This document shows positions 9,903 through 18,042 of a DNA stretch of 64,000 bases, piece after piece. Both the position numbers and the translations under genes were made by a program. Each line of letters begins with the position of its first letter. Positions within the stretch are counted from its first letter, which is position 1. The DNA comes from an uncultured Candidatus Peribacteria bacterium (GTDB taxonomy: Bacteria > Patescibacteriota > Gracilibacteria > Peribacterales > Peribacteraceae), in the NCBI GenBank assembly GCA_964597665.1, contig CAZQYX010000002.1, positions 12,723 to 76,722 on the forward strand. The letters run 5' to 3'. A model generated the notes under the pieces. It saw only the letters and a list, made by a program, of their open reading frames with translations. It was not told where the DNA came from and did no database searches.

Positions 9903-10564
9903 GTTGGTTTTGATTTGAGAACCTCATGGAGATTCCTCGGCTTGTCCTCAAACTTTGGAAGTTATATGATAAATGGCCGATTTTCTTTATTCTATATGCA
10001 CCCACCAAATGCCGTATGCACTGGAACTGATGGACGATCCGAGCCCTTTGCAATGTTCCATATCAGAAGTAACTCTTCCGCTCATGATGGAGGGAGTGGA
10101 ACCAATGCGATCTATACGAATGCAATGTTTACTCAGAGCGAATGTCGACGCATGGATCCTGACGGGAACTGCATGGCGACGGGTAAATCATGCAATGCTC
10201 CTATGCACGCCATCAAATCGAGTGATCAATGCAGTATCGAAACATTGTTGAAGCTGACAGGCATTTACCATCAGTGGCTACAAACTAGGGTTCAAGGCGA
10301 TGGACAAATTTAAACTGGTGGCAGCACCAAGTGTGCGAGTTGCGAACTCTCTTTGTGAAGCAATGATGGGTTGGTATAAGGTTTTAAAATCCTTTTCCAA
10401 CCCATTTCATGCCACTTAGTGATGCACTTATTAGGGAATTCATGGTCATAGTGAAAGAAGAGCATGGGAAATAACTTACTTTTGAAGAAGCGCGAGAGTG
10501 GGGACTGAACATAGTGAATTTTTATGCATGTTTAGCGAGACAAAAATCAGGCAAAAATCCTTAA

Positions 10565-11716
10565 TTATTGTCCTTCATTGGGTATAACTGCCTCTGTAAC
10601 AAATTCGCGTGCGTCTTGTAAAAACCATAATCGACCCTCTCTTTTCAATGAACCCTTACAGCGGATTACATGATATGCCTTATGGGCATTAATTGCGCGG
10701 ACATAATCTTCACCGCTAAGTTCGATACGAATATGCTTGTTCTCATAGTCTTCATTTGAAGAAACAACTATGACTCGTCCGGTGCCACTGGGTGCCTCTC
10801 TTTCAAGTCTCATAATCCAGCCTTTTAACTCAAAGTCTTCTACGACATCAGACTCCCTCATTTTTTCGGCTGCTTGTTGCAAAATAGGTATTTGAGCTAC
10901 TGAAAACTCAAAATGCTTAGGAAGCTCTGTGGGTGGATCAAAACTAGGAGCCCAGTCCAAATCAATAACCACATTTGCAGATGGGTCATGAGAACGGATT
11001 CCGGCAATAGCCTCACAAAGGTTTGCGCTTACCCCACTCTCAACAATGGTATTAAAAGATTCTAAGTTTCCTTGGCTTAAAGCCTGAGCAGATGCTGTAT
11101 GTACTGCACTCAAGGCTTTAGAGAATTGTTTTAAAACTCTCCGTCCAAATAAATCTTCGGCATCATTAACTATCGACCTTTGGTCTGATTGTGGCAGCGG
11201 GGAATGGGCTGTTACTACATAGCTTCCGACCTCAGTTTGTCCTAGGCGTACACCTGCAATGTATTTCATGGCTTGTTCGTATTTTCTTCCGGGATAGACT
11301 GCTTTTTTAGTTATTTCCCCACAAGCTGCTGAGAGAATCATATCATATGTTTGCTTAATTAATTCAACACCATTGGCTAGAGGAATTTGTCCGTCTGTCG
11401 TACTTGGTCCTACCACACGTACTCTAACTACGTCGGTAGACACGGAGCTAATTTTTGCCAAAATTTCTTCAGGATTAACTTTTTCAACAACCGACAATGT
11501 ATGCAAAGCGTCACTGATTCGCTCAACAAAGTCATCAAGCATTCTTTTTTTCGGGGTCAAAATTTCATATTCCTCATTCTGAATTCTTTTAATCCAGACC
11601 TTGCCCAAGCCAAAGCTGCGTGTCTCCGTCCAATTGTTGAGTTCTAGATAGACCTCAAGTAAAGCTAAATCTAAAGCTTGGATTCTGCCTATAATTGATG
11701 AATTAAAACGACTCAT
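10565..11716 (-). CDS. hypothetical protein, 383 aa, no recognisable domain (third gene of the tRNA-Glu-linked cassette)
   Basis: Clean long ORF in an AT-rich segment. Its start overlaps the upstream stop by ATGA (11713-11716). Confidence 0.75.
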   Translation of the reverse strand: MSRFNSSIIGRIQALDLALLEVYLELNNWTETRSFGLGKVWIKRIQNEEYEILTPKKRMLDDFVERISDALHTLSVVEKVNPEEILAKISSVSTDVVRVRVVGPSTTDGQIPLANGVELIKQTYDMILSAACGEITKKAVYPGRKYEQAMKYIAGVRLGQTEVGSYVVTAHSPLPQSDQRSIVNDAEDLFGRRVLKQFSKALSAVHTASAQALSQGNLESFNTIVESGVSANLCEAIAGIRSHDPSANVVIDLDWAPSFDPPTELPKHFEFSVAQIPILQQAAEKMRESDVVEDFELKGWIMRLEREAPSGTGRVIVVSSNEDYENKHIRIELSGEDYVRAINAHKAYHVIRCKGSLKREGRLWFLQDAREFVTEAVIPNEGQ

Positions 11717-12303
11717 AAAGTTCCAGCGTTAGCTTGCCTCATAAGCTCGATTAAAGTTGCAGGAGTGAATACATTATCGCTTGGCAAAAGCACTGTAACA
11801 TTTGAAGTATTAGCTGTGTCAGGTTCGCCCTTCAGGCTTCTCCAATAGGCATGGTTTTTAAGAATTAGTTCAGCGGGAGTTTGATTTAACCATGTATTCA
11901 AATCTCTGGGCACAACTACAACGATTAATAATCGTGGGATGACGACCTCCTTTTTAAGGTCATTGTAATTTTTTAGAGTAAGCGGGTAATGCATGCCATC
12001 CGCATGCATCAGGTCATCTCGATATGTGCATTTTAGCTGCACATCAATTTGTGGTGATTTCTTTGTTCCGTGTGCTCCGTGCGAATAAATGGATGTATCG
12101 ACACTATCAATGTCCAAAGCTCCGGTTTTTGCAGATTCAAAAAGAGCAGCTGTTGCAACCGCAGAGACAAATGTTCTGCTGAATAATTCCATTTGGAGTT
12201 CTTCGATCATCAGAAAATAAACATATCTAAGTATGAAACTTTTGTCATTAGCTGTTAGTAATTGCTGCATAGGATTAGGGTGTACAATTGTACACCCAAT
12301 CAT
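11713..12303 (-). CDS. DUF4365-like restriction-endonuclease-fold protein
   Basis: Pattern E..FSRTFV.AVA ... LDIDSVDTSIY ... PQIDVQLKCT matches the DUF4365 / PD-(D/E)xK layout (acidic residues followed by Q-L-K). Called from memory of the family; not searched. Confidence 0.6.
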   Translation of the reverse strand: MIGCTIVHPNPMQQLLTANDKSFILRYVYFLMIEELQMELFSRTFVSAVATAALFESAKTGALDIDSVDTSIYSHGAHGTKKSPQIDVQLKCTYRDDLMHADGMHYPLTLKNYNDLKKEVVIPRLLIVVVVPRDLNTWLNQTPAELILKNHAYWRSLKGEPDTANTSNVTVLLPSDNVFTPATLIELMRQANAGTL

Positions 12304-12312
12304 ATATATGAT

Positions 12313-12828
12313 TCAAGTATTTAAGTAGAATTTAAAATTTCTATCCGCTTTGATAAGCCTCTCTGCGCTGTGTGCTGCAATTAATAGACCCCTAGCCTTA
12401 GAAACATAGTCCTTCATATTAAATCCCCAAAAGTCGGTATCTCTTCCTCCCGCATCTACAAACTGCTTGCTTGAGAACACAGCATGTTCATGAACTTCTT
12501 TAGATGGAAGGCAATAAAAATGTGCAGGGGGCTTATCAAGATTATTCTTTGGAATTCCAACAAATATGTACCATTTGTCAGCGCCAACCCATCGCAAAAC
12601 TTGTGGTTTCTTAAGAATGACTTTTTGGTTTCCTTCCTCATAGGACTTTACTTGAATCCAAAGCACACGGTCAGAAGCTGTATCTTCAATACAAAGATCG
12701 CTATCGCGGAAATTTCCTCCTAAATAAACAACATTCCAGCCATTTCTTGCTAGTTCTGCTGCCGCGTAGAATTCTGCCGATTTTCCGGAGCTCGACATGT
12801 ACAGGAGAGTTAGTTGGCCGAAGGCCAT
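12313..12828 (-). CDS. small PD-(D/E)xK-like nuclease-fold protein
   Basis: AEFYAAAELARNGWNVVYL..NFRDSDLCIED....VLWIQVKS follows the E...G-W...D-x-D...(I/V)QVK pattern of small endonuclease-fold proteins. The start could be the internal ATG at 12798. Confidence 0.5.
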   Translation of the reverse strand: MAFGQLTLLYMSSSGKSAEFYAAAELARNGWNVVYLGGNFRDSDLCIEDTASDRVLWIQVKSYEEGNQKVILKKPQVLRWVGADKWYIFVGIPKNNLDKPPAHFYCLPSKEVHEHAVFSSKQFVDAGGRDTDFWGFNMKDYVSKARGLLIAAHSAERLIKADRNFKFYLNT

Positions 12829-12856
12829 GAGCGAGGCACCGCAGTGCCGAGTCGAG

Positions 12857-12931
12857 TGGCAGCCCCAGGGAGAATTGAACTCCCGTTAACGGATTGAAAA
12901 CCCGCTGTCCTAACCATTAGACGATGGGGCC
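12857..12931 (-). tRNA. tRNA-Glu (anticodon UUC), CCA encoded
   Basis: Folded by hand: GGCCCCA/TGGGGCT acceptor, D-loop with GG, anticodon stem GCGGG/TCCGT with loop TTTTCAA, T-arm GGGAG-TTCAATT-CTCCC, then GCCA. 75 nt. Confidence 0.92.
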
Positions 12932-12936
12932 GGACG

Positions 12937-13035
12937 AAATTGAAAATGGAAAATTGATAATTGAGAATGAACGATAACAACCCCAGATGCAAGGCGTGGT
13001 CTAATTCTCAATTCTCAATTGTCAATTGTCAATTC
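12937..13035. repeat. periodic inverted repeat, ATTGAGAAT-type arms (12937-12968 and 13004-13035)
   Basis: Left arm aaattgaaaatggaaaattgataattgagaat and right arm attctcaattctcaattgtcaattgtcaattc are imperfect reverse complements separated by about 35 nt. Confidence 0.6.
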
Positions 13036-13087
13036 TGCTCATGTCGCCGAGAATTAGCAACAAGCTCTATTTCTGCGCTCACTTCCT

Positions 13088-13489
13088 ATGTCTCTCTCCA
13101 GCTTCGCCCTCGTCCTCAGTGTCTTCTTCTACGTCTTCGGTTTCCCCTTGGTGTTCTGCGATGAAGACTATGCCGTATGGCGAAAGAAGGTCCTGAAGGA
13201 CGGTAATATGGTGCGTATCATCGGCATGGCGTTCACCATGATCGCCGCGGTGACACTCAGGCAGCAGTGGAAGGTCAGTCAGGATGGTGAGGGGATCGTC
13301 ATTCTCTTCGCATGGATCGTTCTTCTGAAGAGCTTATTCATGGCATGGTGGCCGAAGTACTATCAAGGCATCCGGTCCTACATCGAAGATGAATATCTGG
13401 CGATTCCTGCCGTGAGCGTGACTGCAGGCTTTCTTATGGTTCTTCTTGGTGCGATTTTCCTGTACTTTGGGATCCTCCTCCCTCAGTAA
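13088..13489 (+). CDS. membrane protein, function unknown
   Basis: 133 aa with 4 predicted TM segments. Its stop overlaps the next start (TAATG). Confidence 0.55.
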   Translation: MSLSSFALVLSVFFYVFGFPLVFCDEDYAVWRKKVLKDGNMVRIIGMAFTMIAAVTLRQQWKVSQDGEGIVILFAWIVLLKSLFMAWWPKYYQGIRSYIEDEYLAIPAVSVTAGFLMVLLGAIFLYFGILLPQ

Positions 13490-14052
13490 TGGAAACATTG
13501 GCCCTCATCAGTGCGGTTTTTCTTCTCGTGCTCGTGCTGATTTTCTTCTTTTTGCTGATTGCCAGTACGTCGGTCCAGGCACTCTGGATGGTTCCATTCG
13601 TTCCGACTCCAAGAGCCATCATCGACGGGATGGTCGAGTTTGCGGATCTGAAGCCGAATCAGATTGTCTACGATCTCGGTGCGGGAGACGGACGCGTGCT
13701 CTTCGCTGCGGAGAAGCGTGAGCCGACAATACGGGGGATTGGTTACGAAGGTGCGATCGGTGTGTGGCTCCTTGCGAAGCTTCGCATTGCGATGCGGCGC
13801 AGCAAGATCACGATGCGGCGTGAGGATTTTATGAAGAATGTCGATTTCTCAGACGCCGATGTCATTTTCACCTATCTCTCGATTGCAAGTATGAAGAAGC
13901 TGAAGCCGAAATTTGATGTGCAACTCAAGGACGGTGCGCGTGTCGTGACGCATGCGTTTCGTGTGCCGGATATGGTTCCCGAGAAAGAGAGGATGGTGAA
14001 TATGCCCATGGGGAGAGGCAGTCGCATCTACTCGTACGTCTGGAAGAAGTAG
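13489..14052 (+). CDS. class I SAM-dependent methyltransferase with N-terminal TM anchor
   Basis: Motif I VYDLGAGDGRVL preceded by a hydrophobic N-terminus. Confidence 0.8.
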   Translation: METLALISAVFLLVLVLIFFFLLIASTSVQALWMVPFVPTPRAIIDGMVEFADLKPNQIVYDLGAGDGRVLFAAEKREPTIRGIGYEGAIGVWLLAKLRIAMRRSKITMRREDFMKNVDFSDADVIFTYLSIASMKKLKPKFDVQLKDGARVVTHAFRVPDMVPEKERMVNMPMGRGSRIYSYVWKK

Positions 14053-14053
14053 C

Positions 14054-15328
14054 TCAAAGCTGGATCACTGCAAACGGGAGTGACGATGCGACACCCGCGA
14101 TCCAGATGATCGCATGCAGCAACGCCCAGCAGAAATATCCCATGAGAAGCCCAAGTGGTAACCAGAGTATGCCGAGGATTGTTGCGGTGAAACCGAGGAG
14201 CATCGAAAGCGGAAGCAGCGGAGCGACGAGAATGTTTGTGACAGGGGCGATCAGCGAGATTTGCTTGAAGAGAATCATCGTGAGGGGAAGCGTTGCGATT
14301 TGTGCTGCGAGCGTTGCGACCAGTGACTCACGCAGTGCCAGTGTTTCCGGAACGAATCGTAGAAGTTTCTTGAGCGGTGCCGACAGCTCTGCAATGCCGA
14401 TGACCGCGAGGAAGCTCAGTTGGAATCCTGCGTCGTACCAGAGATAGAGAGGGTTCCAGAGGAGCATGAAGAATGCAGTCCAGAGGATGGAGAGACGGAC
14501 GGTCGTCTGTCTTCCTGTCTGGAGTGCAAGGAGACCAAGAATACCCATGATAGAAGCACGGACAACCGATGCGCTCGCGCCGACGAAGATCGTGAAGACA
14601 ACGATGGACATCACGAGGAGCGGGAATCGTTTCTTGAGCGGTATCCAGAAGAAGATTCCTGAAAGCAGTGCAAGGATGATCGTCACGTTGTACCCCGAGA
14701 TCGCGATGATGTGCGTGATGCCCGCCATGCGGAAATCTTCGCTCACGTGCTCCGGAATGCCGCGACGGGAACCCGTGAGAAGCCCCGCAAGAAGCGATGC
14801 GTGCGGTTCGGGGAAGATACGGTTGATACGCTCCTCGAAGCCTGTCCTGAGTGCATACAGATTCCGGAAGAAACGATCGGAGAGCGAAAGTGGATCACTA
14901 CCTGCCTCCGCTCTTTCGATCTTTGCTCGCTGCATCAGTGCATAGATTCCCCGCACGCTCAGGTACTCGTCATACGCGAAATCTTCGATTGTTCCGGGTC
15001 TCGAGAGTTTCCCGGTAACGGTGACCCTTGCTCCATAGGTGTACTGCGGCCAACCGCCCATATCACTGACCAGAATTTTTCCGGTGACGGGAATAGCATT
15101 CTTCTTTGTATCAATCAGCGTATCGGCCATCACCGTATATTTCGTGACCGTTGGACGAACGTCTGCTGCTTCGACGATTTTGCCGTGCACGGTCACGACC
15201 GTATCGTTTGCATAGAAATCAATATCCGAAGACGTCGAAATATGCGCGGGTCCTCCGAAAAAATGCTGAAGAGTGATGAACGTAAAAAACATTCCCAAAA
15301 AGCCATAGCTAAGAGTCGATGCTTTCAT
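14054..15328 (-). CDS. comEC: ComEC/Rec2-family competence membrane protein (no C-terminal metallo-beta-lactamase domain)
   Basis: OB-like DUF4131 region (VTVHGKIV...ARVTVTGKL) followed by the competence domain (LLAGLLTGSRRGIP...FRMAGITHIIAISGYNV). 424 aa. Confidence 0.85.
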   Translation of the reverse strand: MKASTLSYGFLGMFFTFITLQHFFGGPAHISTSSDIDFYANDTVVTVHGKIVEAADVRPTVTKYTVMADTLIDTKKNAIPVTGKILVSDMGGWPQYTYGARVTVTGKLSRPGTIEDFAYDEYLSVRGIYALMQRAKIERAEAGSDPLSLSDRFFRNLYALRTGFEERINRIFPEPHASLLAGLLTGSRRGIPEHVSEDFRMAGITHIIAISGYNVTIILALLSGIFFWIPLKKRFPLLVMSIVVFTIFVGASASVVRASIMGILGLLALQTGRQTTVRLSILWTAFFMLLWNPLYLWYDAGFQLSFLAVIGIAELSAPLKKLLRFVPETLALRESLVATLAAQIATLPLTMILFKQISLIAPVTNILVAPLLPLSMLLGFTATILGILWLPLGLLMGYFCWALLHAIIWIAGVASSLPFAVIQL

Positions 15329-16152
15329 GATGATGCACGGATATTTGTGAGTGCCGTATCAAGCATGATCCACTCATCGATCGAGAGTGTCTGTGGTCTT
15401 CGCATCGCATCGATTCCGACCTGTGTCATTGCTTCACTACCGCTTGGCATTTCGCCGATGGTATTCCTGAGCATTTTCCGGCGCTTGCTGAATGCCAGCT
15501 TCGCAAGCTTGAGGATTCGCTGTATTGCTTCCGGACTAGCTTTCGGCTGAGAAAAACATTCGATGTGAATCACAGCGGAATTGACCTTCGGCGGAGGCAG
15601 AAAACAACTGGGTGGCACGAGTCGAACCAGCGAAGGTATGCCAAAAAGTCGCACGAGGATTGTCAGCATACTGTCACTTTCCTCTGAGCAGATATTCTCT
15701 GCGACCTCTCGCTGAATGAGAAGTGTTAGCGACGTCGGCCTTCGGGGCGATTCGAGGAGCGAATGTGTGAGGAGGGGCGACGTGATGTGGTAGGGGATAT
15801 TCGCAACGATTTTGTACGCTTCGGTTGGCATCGGTGCCTGCAACGCATTCGCTTCGATGATCGTAAGATTCTTCGGCATCACGGCTTTGTCATTCATCGT
15901 GAAGATCCTCAGAAGTGGAATCATCCGTGGATCAATTTCGATTGCCGTGACAGAACCGGCTCGGCTGAGAAGCTCGCGCGTCAGGATGCCGATACCGGGA
16001 CCGATCTCGACGATTGCATCGGTTTTTTGAATATCGGCAACCGTCACGATGTCTTCGAGGACGGACTCGTCGGTCAGGAAGTGCTGACCGAGGTCCGTGT
16101 CCAGCCGTATTCCGCGCCCGCGTAAGAAATCGCGTACTGCATCGTCTATCAT
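15325..16152 (-). CDS. rsmA: 16S rRNA (adenine1518/1519-N6)-dimethyltransferase
   Basis: LGQHFLTDESVLEDIV, EIGPGIGILT and ANIPYHITSP motifs. Start taken at ATG 16152. Confidence 0.9.
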   Translation of the reverse strand: MIDDAVRDFLRGRGIRLDTDLGQHFLTDESVLEDIVTVADIQKTDAIVEIGPGIGILTRELLSRAGSVTAIEIDPRMIPLLRIFTMNDKAVMPKNLTIIEANALQAPMPTEAYKIVANIPYHITSPLLTHSLLESPRRPTSLTLLIQREVAENICSEESDSMLTILVRLFGIPSLVRLVPPSCFLPPPKVNSAVIHIECFSQPKASPEAIQRILKLAKLAFSKRRKMLRNTIGEMPSGSEAMTQVGIDAMRRPQTLSIDEWIMLDTALTNIRASS

Positions 16153-16193
16153 GGGTACAGTATGCCTGAATCTTCTTCTTTCCATTCTCTCTC

Positions 16194-17825
16194 ATGAAAC
16201 GTCTTCTCTTCCTCTCTGCATTCTTCGTTCCGGCTGTCGCTCTGGCTCTCACCATCGCTCCTGCGAATCTGTATACCGATGTGCGTTCCAGTAGTCCGGA
16301 AGCCGCAGGCATCAATATGCTCAGCCGCGAGGGGATCGTGAAGGGCTACGGGAATGGTTTTTTTGGGGTAGCGAGGCAGATCAACCGAGCGGAATTCTTA
16401 AAGATCGCGATGATCGCTTCCGGCTTGCCGGCATCGTCCTCGGGACAGAACTGCTTCCCGGATGTCAGGAGTGCCGACTGGTTCAGTCCTTTTATTTGTG
16501 CAGCCAAAGACCGCAGTATCGTGCGTGGCATCAACGATGGGCTGTTCCATCCTGAATATACGGTGACCTATGGCGAAGCGCTCAAGATGCTGACACTGCT
16601 CTTCGGATATGAAGTGATTTCAATCGATGCTCCGCATTGGGCAGAACCCTACTATCGTGCGGCTGCCGCCAGAGGTGTAGATATTCCGGTGACGATCGAT
16701 CTCGACACGCCGCTCACTCGAGGTCTCGCTGCACGTCTCGCTGCCGCATTCCTTGCAGAATCGAAGGAGCAACTCAGTGAACTTCGCTTTGCGGAGAGCG
16801 GGCAGTATGGGCAGAGCTCTTCGAGTAGCATGAGTTCTTCACAGAGTTCATCGCTTTCTTCTTCACATTCCTCTGTGTCGTCTTCCTCGTTTCCAAAAGA
16901 TCCTCGCAGCGATACCGAGATCCGTTCGCAATTCCTGCTCCTTGGGGAAGTCGGACCGATCCTCGGAGCGGCATCGATTTTCCTTGAACAGGAACCGCTG
17001 CAAGTGTTGTCCATTTCCATCAATCTCACGCAGCAGGTGACGACCGTTGACGCATTCCTTGTCTATGACGATCAGCGCCAATTCCTCGGAACCGCGCTCC
17101 TCGATCCTTCGATGTCGACGAATCGGACATACAAAGTAACCCTCTCGCCAAATGCTTTCATGATCGACAAGCGTGAGGAACGTACCGTGTACGCGCGTCC
17201 GAGATTGACGGCTAAAGATAACGGCGGACAGAGCAATCAGCTCGTGCAGATCAGTTCGGTGACCGTGAAAGGCAATGGCGTTTGGAGCAATCAGCAGTAC
17301 ACGAAAGTCTCCTCGGAGAGTTCTCGCTTTCCGGAGTTCGTGACGGCACGGTCGATGATGACGTCCGTGAAGCGCATTGGCGAAGCAACGTCTTCACTTG
17401 TTACCGGACTGCAGAGAAATCTTGGAGCATTCGAGTTTGCAGGACGGAAGTCTGATTCAAGTGCGCACATCGATATCACGAGTCTCACGTTCGATATCGG
17501 ACAGACGGGAGGGGTTAGTCTGACCAATGTCAGTCTCGGATCCGTCGGCATCAATGAGAAGTTTCCGTGCACGACGGGTGTATCGCAGATCGTGTGTTCT
17601 GCAATACCCGATTTCTATGGCTCACTCACCGATGCTCCCCGCCAACTGACGGTGTACGGCGATATCGCTGCATCCGATGTTCTGCATGCCTCATTGCGCC
17701 TCACACTCAACAGTGCCGGTGATCCGGATACTGATGGTTCGATTTCCTGGAGTGACGGTTCGACGGGCTTTGGATGGGTGAGTGTACCGGAGCCGGTCGG
17801 AGAAGGAACGTATTCCAAGTACTAA
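16194..17825 (+). CDS. secreted SLH-domain-like protein with Ser-rich linker
   Basis: Signal peptide. SLH-like repeats (GYGNGFFGVARQINRAEFLKIAM; GINDGLFHPEYTVTYGEALKML) followed by a poly-Ser tract. Confidence 0.65.
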   Translation: MKRLLFLSAFFVPAVALALTIAPANLYTDVRSSSPEAAGINMLSREGIVKGYGNGFFGVARQINRAEFLKIAMIASGLPASSSGQNCFPDVRSADWFSPFICAAKDRSIVRGINDGLFHPEYTVTYGEALKMLTLLFGYEVISIDAPHWAEPYYRAAAARGVDIPVTIDLDTPLTRGLAARLAAAFLAESKEQLSELRFAESGQYGQSSSSSMSSSQSSSLSSSHSSVSSSSFPKDPRSDTEIRSQFLLLGEVGPILGAASIFLEQEPLQVLSISINLTQQVTTVDAFLVYDDQRQFLGTALLDPSMSTNRTYKVTLSPNAFMIDKREERTVYARPRLTAKDNGGQSNQLVQISSVTVKGNGVWSNQQYTKVSSESSRFPEFVTARSMMTSVKRIGEATSSLVTGLQRNLGAFEFAGRKSDSSAHIDITSLTFDIGQTGGVSLTNVSLGSVGINEKFPCTTGVSQIVCSAIPDFYGSLTDAPRQLTVYGDIAASDVLHASLRLTLNSAGDPDTDGSISWSDGSTGFGWVSVPEPVGEGTYSKY

Positions 17826-17871
17826 TCTTATTGCTTGTACCAGATTCCTAATCGTGATTGAATGTTTGTAT

Positions 17872-18033
17872 ATGGAATTATCTGAGACGCCGTTTACGCG
17901 ATGCCTGAAAGATGACTTGAAAGAAGGATATACATCCATTCCTTTAGCAGGGAAAACAGCTGAAGAGATGCGCGAGTTATTTTCGGGTCGTCATGGATTT
18001 GTCATGAAAGGAATTGCTTGGGTCAAAAATTAA
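17872..18033 (+). CDS. small ORF (53 aa), doubtful
   Basis: An ATG-initiated ORF in a short AT-rich spacer. No family recognised. Confidence 0.2.
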   Translation: MELSETPFTRCLKDDLKEGYTSIPLAGKTAEEMRELFSGRHGFVMKGIAWVKN

Positions 18034-18042
18034 ATTGGTGGT

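Noticed and set aside
9915-10313. Overlapping 132-aa and 92-aa plus-strand ORFs
   Set aside because: They are mutually exclusive frames with no recognisable motifs, in a region that looks decayed. Neither is supported as a gene.
10311-10350. tggtggcagcaccaag...gagttgcgaactctc, resembling the 3' end of tRNA-Glu (tggcagccccagggagaattgaactccc), as a possible att-site repeat
   Set aside because: Only 7 contiguous matching bases plus a gapped weak match. It does not fold as a tRNA 3' half. Too weak to call without an aligner.
14711-15550. 279-aa ORF on the plus strand
   Set aside because: It is antisense to comEC and rsmA. Shadow ORF.
18021-18040. aaaattaaattggtgg resembling aaatttaaactggtgg at 10303-10318
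   Set aside because: 14 of 16 identity in AT-rich sequence, both at ends of doubtful small ORFs. No flanking similarity, so it is treated as coincidence.
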